From assembly GCA_043826455.1 (NCBI GenBank), contig JBDRQD010000048.1, positions 128,001 to 192,000 on the forward strand: 64,000 bases of DNA. Direction: 5' to 3'. Under the pieces are notes generated by a model. The model was not told the origin of the DNA, searched no databases, and was given only the letters and a program-made list of their open reading frames with translations. Of the stretch, positions 44,128 through 53,598 are shown piece by piece. The stretch's first letter is position 1. Every line of letters begins with the position of its first letter. This DNA comes from Candidatus Bathyarchaeota archaeon. Its GTDB lineage: Archaea > Thermoproteota > Bathyarchaeia > TCS64. The translations under genes were made by a program, and so were the position numbers.

Positions 44128-44805
44128 TTATCGGATGACCCTGTAGAGGTTTGATCTGCCTCTCTTTCCCGCTGCCTCCAGGAGCTCCATCTTCCTCATA
44201 CTATAAACCATCTTCTGGCTGAGGCCGCTGCTCAACCTGGACTCCTGTGCCAGATCCCGGGCCGTGAAGCCGCTGTACAGATGCCAGGGCAGCAGCCTCA
44301 GGTAGTCGGCTGGGCAGGTGAACAGGTGCCGCTCCTGGACAGAGAGCAGCCTCCTGTCAGCGATGCTCCACCTGCGCCTCCGCCAGCTCCCCTTCCCATC
44401 GTCGATCCACAGCTCCTCGGCGTCCACCATAGCCACCTCCAACTCGAAGCCGGGCACACTGGCCAGCTCCGGCGTGTACACCATCTCGTCGAAGACCTCC
44501 TCGACGCGGCCCCGCTTCGGGGACCTCCTCCTGCTGACCTGCTCGCCGCCCGAGCCGAGCCTTATGATCCACTTGTTCAGGGGCACCGGGTGGACCAGGC
44601 GGACCCTGTGGCCCCTCAGCAGGTCCAGGAGCTTCTGCCTGATGGAGCCAAAGTTCCCCGTCTGCACCTCCACCAGAACGCCGTCCTTGACCACATCCAC
44701 TATGTAGCCCTCCACCGTGGCCTCCACCTGGTCGCCCTCCCCGGCGTAATGGTCCTTGAGCTGGTTGTGGAGGCTCTGCTCGGTCACACCCATGGCTACG
44801 CCCAT
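44128..44805 (-). CDS. PD-(D/E)xK-like nuclease fold with C-terminal HTH, hypothetical
   Basis: E..LH..LK..Y, VD, VEVQT; C-terminal FT..DLA...GKRGR..LY. Confidence 0.6.
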   Translation of the reverse strand: MGVAMGVTEQSLHNQLKDHYAGEGDQVEATVEGYIVDVVKDGVLVEVQTGNFGSIRQKLLDLLRGHRVRLVHPVPLNKWIIRLGSGGEQVSRRRSPKRGRVEEVFDEMVYTPELASVPGFELEVAMVDAEELWIDDGKGSWRRRRWSIADRRLLSVQERHLFTCPADYLRLLPWHLYSGFTARDLAQESRLSSGLSQKMVYSMRKMELLEAAGKRGRSNLYRVIR

Positions 44806-44837
44806 ACAGCTATAAATTGTGGGGCCGAGGCTCACCC

Positions 44838-45287
44838 ATGGCCGCCAACCCTGTTCTGGCCTTCGGGGTAGCCGCGGGGCTACTCTGGGGGCTGGTATCG
44901 TATTACCGGGGCAGGGACGTTAAGCGATCATTGTTATCCGCCGTAGTCGTGGGCCTGGCCCTGGGCACGCCCCTCCACTTCCTCCTGCTCCCCGGCTACG
45001 CGGGCTGGGCAGCCAACCAGCAGATACACAGGCGCCTCAACCGCAACTGGACAGCCTTCCTCTTGTCCTTGGTGGGCGTCCCCGTGTTCTTCGGGCTGCT
45101 CCAGGCCACGGGGAAGCTGATGGCGGAGTCCTACTCCTCCGGCACCGTGGGCGGCGGCGAGACCATAGTCATCGCCCTGGGCTGGGGGCTTATACTGGCC
45201 CTTCTCATATTGGCCGGGTGCGCCGTCTACGCCGTCACCAGCTTCGCCGCCTCCTTCAGGCGGCGAGGGGTAGGGGCAAACCATTAA
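44838..45287 (+). CDS. Small membrane protein
   Basis: Four hydrophobic segments. Confidence 0.6.
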   Translation: MAANPVLAFGVAAGLLWGLVSYYRGRDVKRSLLSAVVVGLALGTPLHFLLLPGYAGWAANQQIHRRLNRNWTAFLLSLVGVPVFFGLLQATGKLMAESYSSGTVGGGETIVIALGWGLILALLILAGCAVYAVTSFAASFRRRGVGANH

Positions 45288-45316
45288 GGCGCGGGTTTCC
45301 AAGATGATCCTTGGAG

Positions 45317-46117
45317 ATGGGTTTGAGCGACCTTCAGGCTGAGCCCTCCAGCAGAAGCATCTGGAGCGGCAGGATCAGCATCGGCCTCGTCAACGTCCCC
45401 GTGAAGCTGTACACCATGATCAAGGACCAGAGCTTCAGCTTCAGGTTCGTCCGCAGAGGCGACGCGTGCCCCCTCAAGTACGAGCGGGTCTGCACCCTGG
45501 ACAACGAGGTGGTGCCCTGGGGCGACGTGGGCCGCGCCGTGGAGGTGCGCAAGGGCGAGTACGTTGTCTTCACCGACGAGGAGTTGAAGGCTCTCCGCCC
45601 CGAGTCCAACCGGAAGATAGCCATAGACAGGTTCGTGCCCCTCGGCCAGGTGGACCGCGTCTTCTACGACACCAGCTACATACTGGCCCCCGACAAGGCC
45701 GAGGACAGCTACGGGCTGCTCCTGAAGGCGTTCAAGGAGAGAGGGGCCGCGGGGGTCGGCAGGTTCACCCTCCGCACCAAGGAGTACCCGGTCATCGTCT
45801 ACCCCTACAGGGGCGCCCTGGTCCTCACCACCCTCAGGTATAGCGACGAGGTTGTGGACCCACAGGCCGTGGAGGCGGTCAGGGCAGCCAAGGAGCCTAC
45901 CAAGGAGGAGCTGGCCCTGGCCCTAAGGATCATCGATAACCTGAGCGGAGAGTTCGACATCAAGGAGTACAGGGACACCTTCCGCGAGGAGGTGGAGAAG
46001 CTGGTGGAGAAGAAGATGCGGGGCGAGACCATCACCGTTGAGGAGCCCAAGGCCGAGGAGGTCCGCGGCCTCATGCAGGCCCTCCAGGAGACCCTGGCCC
46101 AGATGCAGCAGAGATGA
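45317..46117 (+). CDS. ku: Ku protein (prokaryotic NHEJ)
   Basis: RSIWSG.IS.GLVNVPVKLY, I.IDRFVP, Y.LAP, L.TLRY.DEV, Y.D.F, LM.AL..TL. Confidence 0.95.
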   Translation: MGLSDLQAEPSSRSIWSGRISIGLVNVPVKLYTMIKDQSFSFRFVRRGDACPLKYERVCTLDNEVVPWGDVGRAVEVRKGEYVVFTDEELKALRPESNRKIAIDRFVPLGQVDRVFYDTSYILAPDKAEDSYGLLLKAFKERGAAGVGRFTLRTKEYPVIVYPYRGALVLTTLRYSDEVVDPQAVEAVRAAKEPTKEELALALRIIDNLSGEFDIKEYRDTFREEVEKLVEKKMRGETITVEEPKAEEVRGLMQALQETLAQMQQR

Positions 46118-47499
46118 ACACCTACAGCCCCATGTTGGCCCGCCCAGCGGAGCGCCCCTTCGACGACCCCTCCTGGGTCTTCGAGGTCAAGTGGGACGGG
46201 ATAAGGGCCATCGCCTACGTGGGGGAAGCCCTCAGCGTCCGCAGCCGCAACGACCAAGAGCTCCGGGGCAGCTTCCCCGAGCTCGAGGAGCTTAAAAGCC
46301 TCACCGATGACGCGGTGCTTGACGGCGAGATAGTGGTCATGAGGGCCGGCAGCCCCGACTTCAGAGCCGCGGCCAGGAGAAACAAGCTCACCAACCCATC
46401 AGACGTTGAGGAGGCACGGGTCACTAGCCCCGCCACCTACATAGTGTTCGACATCTTGGAGAAAAGCAGTGTCAGCCTCATAGATAGGCCCCTGCAGAAG
46501 CGGCTGGAAATCCTCAAGGCCTCTGTGAGGCAGGGCCGCTACGTGGCCCTCAGCGTACCCGTCCGGGAGCACGGCGTGAACTACTACGAGGCCGCCGTGA
46601 GGCGCGGCCTGGAGGGGGTGGTGGCCAAGCGGCTCAGCAGCACCTACCAGCCGGGGGCCAGGAGCAGCGACTGGCTCAAGGTCAAACGGGTCAAGAGCTG
46701 CGACTGCGTGATCTTCGGGTACACCCCGGGGGAGGGGGCCAGGGCCGACACTCTCGGCGCCCTCCTGCTGGGCCTCTACGACGAGGGCAGGCCCGTGTAC
46801 GTGGGCCGCGTGGGCACAGGTTTCACGGACCAGGACCTCAGGGGCATCAGGAACACGTTGGATGGGCTCCGCACAGACACACGCTGGTTCACGGACCCCG
46901 ACATACCGGAAGGCTCAACGTGGGTCAGGCCCAAACTTGTAGCCCAGGTGGGTTACCTGGAGGCCACCAGGGACCTGCGGCTGCGTGCCCCCAGGTTCAT
47001 GGGGTTCAGAGACGACAAGCCCCCCGAGCTGTGCAGCCTCTCCCAGATAAAGCCCATGAGGCTGGATGAGTACTACGCCAAGAGGGACTTCGCCGCGACC
47101 CCCGAGCCCGCGGGCGGTCACACCCCGGGGGCGGGAAACAGCTTCGTGGTCCAGGAGCACCACTCCCGGCGCACCCACTGGGACCTCCGGCTGGAGAGGG
47201 ACGGTGTGCTGGTGAGCTGGGCTGTCCCCAAGGGGGTGCCCATGGAGCCCGGGGACCGGAGGCTAGCCGTCCAGACTGAGGACCATCCCCTGGAGTACGG
47301 TGGCTTCGAGGGTGTCATCCCCACGGGCCAGTACGGGGCAGGCTCTGTTGAGATATGGGACAGGGGCTTCTACGTCCCTGTCAGGTGGCTGGAGGACAAG
47401 GTGGAGGTGGTCCTCGCCGGCCAGCGCCTCAGGGGCCGATACGAGTTGGTCCAGACCAGCCGGGAGAAGCGCGAGTGGCTCCTATTCAAGAAGGCCTAG
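46114..47499 (+). CDS. ligD: LigD-type ATP-dependent ligase fused to C-terminal 3'-phosphoesterase domain
   Basis: EVKWDGIR, LDGEIV, FDIL, EGVVAK, W.KVK; then Y..KRDF..TPEP, FVVQEH..RRTHWDLRLE, SWAVPKG, TEDHP.EY..FEG. Confidence 0.92.
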   Translation: MNTYSPMLARPAERPFDDPSWVFEVKWDGIRAIAYVGEALSVRSRNDQELRGSFPELEELKSLTDDAVLDGEIVVMRAGSPDFRAAARRNKLTNPSDVEEARVTSPATYIVFDILEKSSVSLIDRPLQKRLEILKASVRQGRYVALSVPVREHGVNYYEAAVRRGLEGVVAKRLSSTYQPGARSSDWLKVKRVKSCDCVIFGYTPGEGARADTLGALLLGLYDEGRPVYVGRVGTGFTDQDLRGIRNTLDGLRTDTRWFTDPDIPEGSTWVRPKLVAQVGYLEATRDLRLRAPRFMGFRDDKPPELCSLSQIKPMRLDEYYAKRDFAATPEPAGGHTPGAGNSFVVQEHHSRRTHWDLRLERDGVLVSWAVPKGVPMEPGDRRLAVQTEDHPLEYGGFEGVIPTGQYGAGSVEIWDRGFYVPVRWLEDKVEVVLAGQRLRGRYELVQTSREKREWLLFKKA

Positions 47500-48482
47500 C
47501 CGTCCGAGGCGGCGGCCGCGGCCAGCGCAAGCACCGGCCCCACGATGACACCCGCCCAGACGAACAAGCCGATGAGGCCGTAGGCCGCCATCACGGCCCT
47601 CTGGGCCACGGTCCTGCTTCTCCGCTCCTTCAGGGTCTTCTGGAGAACCATGACGCCGAGCCCCGCCTGCGAAGCCACGAATATGGCCGTCAGGAAGGAG
47701 CCGCTGCTGAACCCCGAGGCTGCCAGCGCCAGAAGCATCTGGGCCACCATGTTCACCCCCGTGGCGACGTAGGCCGAGGCGGCTGCCAGCCCCAGCCACA
47801 TATGGACGCCGATGATGGTTTCCCGTTTGCTCACCAGCCAGACGCAGGCCGCGGCCGCTGCAACCAGGGGCCCGAACACTACAATGGGGCTCTGCCCCTC
47901 CCAGAGACGAATCCTGAACAGCTCCAAGGGCGTGGTCACCCACTCCTCTAGGGTGAACTCCTCCCTGTACCCAATGGCCAGCCCGTACCTGCCACCGCCG
48001 TCAGGCTCGTAGACCGCGAAGTAGTAGTCCCCGCCTGCCACGGATTCGACTCTGATCTCGGCCAGGAAGTGGTAACTGGTCGGCGTGAAGGGCTCGTACT
48101 CCGGCGTCGTGCGCTTGCTAATCAGCGCGGTCACAGCGTACGCTTTGGGCACCTCTATGTACACCGGGAAAGAGCCCCTTATCTGGATGTCTGGGCCCAT
48201 AACTACCAGCTGAGGAGTGAAGCCTGGGCCTTCGGATAGGGGAGTGAAGAGCCTCACCACCAGTTGCTCCCGGGGCTCCAGGTGCGCCCTGTAGTAGTGG
48301 GGCTCGGCGGCCTCGTGGAGCTCCTGATAGAGGGTCCAGCTCTTGGTTGGGTCGTGTATCTCTAGGGCTGTCTCCAGGCTGCCGTGCTCCCCCTCGGCGT
48401 CTAGGGGCGTGTGGCCGGCCACCGCCTGAAACATGAACATTGAAGCGATAATGACGATCGTAACGAGCCTGATGGTTTTCAT
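47496..48482 (-). CDS. Exported/membrane protein of unknown function
   Basis: Signal peptide, beta domain (YEPFT, G.YY.AV, G.Y.LAIG..E.F), C-terminal TM helices. Confidence 0.65.
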   Translation of the reverse strand: MKTIRLVTIVIIASMFMFQAVAGHTPLDAEGEHGSLETALEIHDPTKSWTLYQELHEAAEPHYYRAHLEPREQLVVRLFTPLSEGPGFTPQLVVMGPDIQIRGSFPVYIEVPKAYAVTALISKRTTPEYEPFTPTSYHFLAEIRVESVAGGDYYFAVYEPDGGGRYGLAIGYREEFTLEEWVTTPLELFRIRLWEGQSPIVVFGPLVAAAAACVWLVSKRETIIGVHMWLGLAAASAYVATGVNMVAQMLLALAASGFSSGSFLTAIFVASQAGLGVMVLQKTLKERRSRTVAQRAVMAAYGLIGLFVWAGVIVGPVLALAAAAASDG

Positions 48483-48537
48483 TGGATGGGTAGATGATCG
48501 GCACACCTTAAACCCTGCGCGCCCATGAACCCATTGG

Positions 48538-49284
48538 ATGACTGGGACGCTCTACGCGGGCTCCATGGGGTGGAGCTACAGTTTCTGGGGCATCTACGGC
48601 GGCCTCAAGCCGGGCGAGTACCTGGCCGAGTACTCCCGCCGCTTCAACAGCGTAGAGATCAACAACAGCTTCTACAGGATACCTGCGCCCGCTACCGTCG
48701 CTGAATGAGCCGCCCAGGCGCCCCCCGGGTTCAGGTTCGCGGCCAAGTTCCCTCAGAGTATAAGCCACGCCCCCGGCCTCAGCTTCGAGGAGGGCAAGCT
48801 CTTCGCCTTCCTAAGAAGCATGTCCCAGCTGGGCCCAAAGAAGGGGCCCCTCCTGGTCCAGCTGCCGCCGACTCTCAGGGCGGACCACGTCGACGGCCTC
48901 AGACGCCTCCTCAAGGCTCTGCCCGGCGGCAACCGTTACGCCGTGGAGTTCAGGCACAGGGATTGGTTCACGTCTGAGACCTACGATATGATTAGGGAGA
49001 GGGGTGTGGCCCTCGTTCAGCAGGCGCATCCGTGGCTCCCGGAGGTCCACGAGGTGACCGCCGGCTTCGTTTATGTCCGGTTCGAGGGGGACAGGAAGAA
49101 GGTGGGCGGCGAGGAGGGGGCCGTGGAGGTGGACCGCGAATCGGACACTGAGAGATGGGCTCGAGCCATTTCCGCTTACCTTGATGAGGGGCTGGACGTG
49201 TACGCCTACTTCAGCAAGTTCTACTCGGGGTACCCGCCCCATGATATAGCTCAGCTGGTGGAGCTGGTCAGCCGAGGCTCTTGA
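48538..49284 (+). pseudogene. DUF72 (YecE-like) gene interrupted by an in-frame TGA at 48706-48708
   Basis: G..GWSY..W, Y...FNSVEIN.SFYR.P...VAE*AAQAP..FRF.AK.P..ISH, continuing in frame into LVQLPP, AVEFRH, YVRF.G. Confidence 0.8.
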
Positions 49285-49798
49285 GGAGCACGGATACATC
49301 GTCAGCCTCGAAGAGCCCCACGTGAGCCCGGATGATCCTACCATCCTCGTCGATGACGAAGTCCCCTGGGCTCTGGGTCTCCTTGCCCTCGTAGGCGCCA
49401 TGAACCTTCCCCACCTTCCTCGCCTCCCTGGCCCTGCCTATAATCTTGGCCAAGGTGACGGGCCCCATGGCGCCCACTCCGTACAGGTCGTACACCCTGT
49501 ACTTGCCGTCCTCCTTGGGGACAGGCACCACGGGGAAGCCCACGTCCATGTCCTTTATGTACTCCTCAGCTGACTCGGGGCTCGACTGAACCAGGTATAT
49601 GGTCTTCAAGTCGTGGCCGATTTCCCTCCTCAGCATAAGCAGCCGGTCGAAGTCGTGCTGGCAGACGGGGCACCCAAAGTACCTCCCGAAGACCAGGAAG
49701 ACCCTGCTGCCTCTGTAATCCTTCAGCGATACCCTGCCCATGTTCACGGACTCCAGGGTGAAGTCGGGGGCGGCGTCGCCAGGCCTCAGCTTAGCCAT
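49268..49798 (-). CDS. AhpC/TSA-family redoxin
   Basis: APDFTL, RYFGCPVC, Q.PGDFVID..G.I. Confidence 0.85.
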   Translation of the reverse strand: MAKLRPGDAAPDFTLESVNMGRVSLKDYRGSRVFLVFGRYFGCPVCQHDFDRLLMLRREIGHDLKTIYLVQSSPESAEEYIKDMDVGFPVVPVPKEDGKYRVYDLYGVGAMGPVTLAKIIGRAREARKVGKVHGAYEGKETQSPGDFVIDEDGRIIRAHVGLFEADDVSVLLKSLG

Positions 49799-49879
49799 GG
49801 ACAATCATGGGCGGCATCCTACTTAGCGGTTCCCCCGGGGAAGTATTATCCCCTGTAAGCCAACATTAACCTGATCGAG

Positions 49880-51112
49880 TTGAAGAGGCTGGGAGTCGGG
49901 TTCATAGGCGCGGGATTCATAGCCCGCTTCATGGCGTCCAGCTGGACGGGGGTCCGGGACGCCGACATATCCGCAGTCTACAACCACAGGGAGAGGGGAG
50001 CCCGGGAGCTGGCGGCCCACGTGGAGGGCCTGGGGATGCCCCGGCCTAGAGTCTATACAGACCTGCACGAGATGCTATCAGACAGGGCCGTGGACGCCGT
50101 CTGGGTTATGACCCCCAACTATACGAGGGTCGAGACCGTCCGGGCCGTCGCCGAGGAGGCCAGGCAGGGCAGCAACGACCTGGTGGGGGTGGCCTGCGAG
50201 AAGCCTCTGGCCCGCACACTGGACGAGGCCGAGGAGCTGGTGAGGCTCCTGGACGGAACAGGGCTCCTCCACGGCTACTTGGAGAACCAGGTCTTCGCCC
50301 CCTCCGTCGTCAAGGGCAGGGATATCGTTTGGAGGCGCGGAGCCCGGGCGGCTGGCAGGCCCTACCTGGCCCGAGCGGCGGAGGAGCACGGCGGCCCCCA
50401 CAACAGCTGGTTCTGGGACCCCAGGCTCAGCGGAGGTGGCGTCCTCCTGGACATGAGCTGCCACAGCCTTGAGGCGTGCAGGTACCTGCTCACGGACCCC
50501 GACCTACCCAAGGATAGCCTCAGGCCCGTCAGGGTCCAGGCCTCGATAGCGTCCCTCAAGTGGACCCGTGAGCCCTACATGTCACAGCTCAGGGAGACCT
50601 ACGGCGTAGACTACCGGGAGGCGCCGGCCGAGGACTACGCGTCGGTGAACGTCGTCTACGAGGACCAGGAGGGGCTGATTGTCCTCAGCGAGGCCAAGAC
50701 CAGCTGGAACTACGTGGGCCCCGGCCTCAGGCTCAGCCTGGAGGCCCTGGGGCCGGAGTACAGCCTGGCTATGAACAGCTTGAACCAGGAGCTGAGCGTC
50801 TTCTTCAGCCGCAACGTCCAGGTGCCGGCGTCGGAGGAGTTCGTGGAGAAGCAGACCGCGGAGCAGGGCCTCATCCCGGTGGTGCCCGACGAGGCGGTAG
50901 CCTACGGTTACCAGCACGAGAACAGGCACATGGTCCGTTGCTTCCTGGAGGGCAGGATGCCTGAGGAGAACTGGGGCGACGGGCTCCTGGTCACGGGCCT
51001 CATGATGGCTGCCTACAAGTCGGCCGAGGAGGGGAGAACCATAGAGTACGATCCCGGCTGCCTGAGGGGGTTCACCCCGGCTGTGGCCAAGGGGACCTGG
51101 GCCCCGGGCTAA
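49880..51112 (+). CDS. Gfo/Idh/MocA-family oxidoreductase
   Basis: GFIGAGFIA, CEKPLA, GGGVLLDM.CH. Confidence 0.9.
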   Translation: MKRLGVGFIGAGFIARFMASSWTGVRDADISAVYNHRERGARELAAHVEGLGMPRPRVYTDLHEMLSDRAVDAVWVMTPNYTRVETVRAVAEEARQGSNDLVGVACEKPLARTLDEAEELVRLLDGTGLLHGYLENQVFAPSVVKGRDIVWRRGARAAGRPYLARAAEEHGGPHNSWFWDPRLSGGGVLLDMSCHSLEACRYLLTDPDLPKDSLRPVRVQASIASLKWTREPYMSQLRETYGVDYREAPAEDYASVNVVYEDQEGLIVLSEAKTSWNYVGPGLRLSLEALGPEYSLAMNSLNQELSVFFSRNVQVPASEEFVEKQTAEQGLIPVVPDEAVAYGYQHENRHMVRCFLEGRMPEENWGDGLLVTGLMMAAYKSAEEGRTIEYDPGCLRGFTPAVAKGTWAPG

Positions 51113-52368
51113 GCCTGGGCGAATTGGGGTGCCTTCTCGTGGTCCTCGGGCTCCTTGATGAACAGCATTATCATTGTGGTAGTCAGCAGCCCCAGGACCC
51201 CGTTGATGAAGAAGGGTATCCCGTACCCGGGCACCGCCAGCCCCAGCACGTTGAAGGATACGGCCCTGTAGGTGTCGTATAACCAGGTGCTAATGATGGG
51301 CCCGATGACGCTGCCAGCCGTGAACCCGGTGCCGAACAGGCCGAACATCCTGCCCCTAACCTCAGGAGGCACCAGGTCGGCCCGGAGCGCCCTGAAGGCG
51401 GGCATGCTGGTGTTGAACCCCAGGCTGCGCAGGCTGACGACTACCCCGGCCTGGGTGATGTCGCCTGTGAAGGGGAGCAATATGCCCGCCAGGTTGGAGG
51501 TGTAGTTGCCGAGGCCTATGAGGGGCTTCCTGCCCCGCCTGTCGCTGGTCCTTCCGGCCAGGTAGCTGGCGAGGAGCCCTATGAAGCCGCTGACGCTGAT
51601 GATGGCCCCGATGCCCACGGGGTCCAAGCCGAAGCGGTCGGTGTAGAAGAGCACCATGATGGGGATGATGAATCCTACGCCGATGCCGCTGACGAAGCTG
51701 TTAACCATTATGATCTTCAGGGGGTTTGTCCACACGATCTTGGCCTCAGCCCTGCCACCTCCAGCCCTCACCGGGCCGCTCCTCCTATCAGGCTCCACTA
51801 TCTTGAGGTAGACCACCGCCAGGGCGACCAGGGCCAGCGCCGAGTCCACGAAGTAGGGTATCCTGTAGCTGGTTAGCACCGTGAAGCCCCTGCTCACCGA
51901 AAACCACTGTATGCCTCCGCCGAGGATGGGCCCAAGGTTCTGGCCGATCATGTTCATGGACATTATGAAGCCGGTGGCCTCACCCCTCTGCTTCGGCTCC
52001 ACCAGGTCTATGAGCAGCGTCTCGGAGGCCAGCATGGCGCCGCTGGATACAGCCCCGTTTAGCACCCTTATCAGGAGCAGCCACTCCCAGCTGGGCACCA
52101 GCCCCGTGAGGGTGCCCAGGACCACGTCTGCGGCCAGCCCGTACATCATTATCCGTTTACGCCCGTAGGTGTCCACGATGGCCCCCATCTTGGGGGCCAG
52201 CACAGCGAAGGCCACCATGAAGCTGCTGGTGAACAAGCCTACACTGGCCACGGTAGCCCCCAGCCCCAGCGCATAGTTGGGGAAGAAGGAGATGGGTAGA
52301 GCGAAGGCCAGGGACTCTATGAGCTGGACAGCCCCCAGGATCAGTATAGCGTCGCTAAGGCTCCTCAA
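51109..52368 (-). CDS. MFS transporter
   Basis: G.IVD.YGRK, G..SDRRGRK; ~12 TM helices. Confidence 0.9.
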   Translation of the reverse strand: MRSLSDAILILGAVQLIESLAFALPISFFPNYALGLGATVASVGLFTSSFMVAFAVLAPKMGAIVDTYGRKRIMMYGLAADVVLGTLTGLVPSWEWLLLIRVLNGAVSSGAMLASETLLIDLVEPKQRGEATGFIMSMNMIGQNLGPILGGGIQWFSVSRGFTVLTSYRIPYFVDSALALVALAVVYLKIVEPDRRSGPVRAGGGRAEAKIVWTNPLKIIMVNSFVSGIGVGFIIPIMVLFYTDRFGLDPVGIGAIISVSGFIGLLASYLAGRTSDRRGRKPLIGLGNYTSNLAGILLPFTGDITQAGVVVSLRSLGFNTSMPAFRALRADLVPPEVRGRMFGLFGTGFTAGSVIGPIISTWLYDTYRAVSFNVLGLAVPGYGIPFFINGVLGLLTTTMIMLFIKEPEDHEKAPQFAQA

Positions 52369-52418
52369 CTCAACCCCTCAAGAGACTAGACATCAGATAG
52401 GCTAAGCCATATAAACTC

Positions 52419-52946
52419 TTAGTAGGCCTCCTGGAGGGCATCGGCGTAGACCCTGTAATCGTACTCGCTGAATAGGACGAAAACAACCTCACCACCCCAA
52501 CCATCCTCTAGGAAGTCCATGACCGCTCTGATGGCCACCCTGGACGCCTGCTCCACGGGGTACCCGTAGGCCCCCGTGCTGATGGAAGGGAAGCCGATAG
52601 ACCCTAAACCCATCTCCTCCGCAAGCCTCAGGCAACTCAGGTACGCCTTCCTGAGAAGCTCCGCCTCGCCGTGGCCTCCGCCCCTCCACACCGGTCCCAT
52701 TGTGTGGATCACGTGCCTGGCCCTCATGTTTCCGCCCGTCGTGGCCACAGCCTCACCTGTGGGCAACCCCTCCGGGTACATTGTTCTCCTGATCACCATG
52801 CTCTGCTCAAGGATCACGGGGCCCCCGGCCCTATGGATGGCCCCGTCCACCCCGCCTCCACCCATGAGGGTGGGGTTGGCGGCGTTCACCACGGCGTCCA
52901 CTTCTAGGGCGGTGATGTCTCCTTTTACCATCCTGATCCGGGTCAT
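52419..52946 (-). CDS. Macro domain protein (O-acetyl-ADP-ribose deacetylase-like)
   Basis: GDIT, VNAAN, GGGGVDGAIH, FPSISTGAYGYP. Confidence 0.93.
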   Translation of the reverse strand: MTRIRMVKGDITALEVDAVVNAANPTLMGGGGVDGAIHRAGGPVILEQSMVIRRTMYPEGLPTGEAVATTGGNMRARHVIHTMGPVWRGGGHGEAELLRKAYLSCLRLAEEMGLGSIGFPSISTGAYGYPVEQASRVAIRAVMDFLEDGWGGEVVFVLFSEYDYRVYADALQEAY

Positions 52947-53009
52947 GACGTCTCCCCTGGTGTGATCTCGGTGAATGTTTATATCATGGTTTCCCGTGTC
53001 GGGATGGGT

Positions 53010-53351
53010 ATGATCGGCTTACACATGATGGTGGACGGGCTCGTGGATGAGCCCATGACCAGGGACAAAGTGGAGCAGATACTCAGGGAGCTCCCCGGTC
53101 TCATAGGAATGAGCATACTGGACGGGCCCCACGTTGTGGAGGGGGTGCCTGAGAACCCGGGGTGGACCGGCTTCGTCATCATCGACAAGAGCCACATATC
53201 GGTCCACACCTTCACCGAGACCAGCACGGTCTCCATAGACGTGTACAGCTGCAAGCTCTTCAACGCCAAGATGGCCGTATCCTACCTCCGGGACCACATA
53301 CGCTTCAGCGAGGTAACGACCCGGACCCTGACCCGGGAGATAGTACATTAA
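53010..53351 (+). CDS. Pyruvoyl-dependent S-adenosylmethionine decarboxylase-family proenzyme
   Basis: G.HM, GWTG, DKSHISVHTF, IDVYSCK.F. Confidence 0.82.
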   Translation: MIGLHMMVDGLVDEPMTRDKVEQILRELPGLIGMSILDGPHVVEGVPENPGWTGFVIIDKSHISVHTFTETSTVSIDVYSCKLFNAKMAVSYLRDHIRFSEVTTRTLTREIVH

Positions 53352-53598
53352 GGCGTTAAGCTGGGCCGCGAGCCTAAAATCAGCCATTTATCAGAGTTTT
53401 AACCCCTTTCCATCACGTAATTGACCGGTAAACCGATTAAAGCATGCAAACAGATGGAAACCGTGTGTAAGCCAAAAGATACGTGGTTTACCGGAGAGCT
53501 GACCCTGAATACAAGCCATCCGCCTTTTCGGGGCCGGAATATAGAATAGCGTGGAGCATAGCTTTTATTCCGTGCGCCTCTAAAATGGTCGAGGAGCC

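Noticed and set aside
48706..48708. Selenocysteine or genome-wide TGA recoding
   Set aside because: The position aligns with Trp rather than Cys, and TGA terminates many other genes here.
53185..53215. Inactive SAM decarboxylase because of KSH instead of ESH
   Set aside because: DKSH is the cleavage site in E. coli SpeD, so it is compatible with activity.
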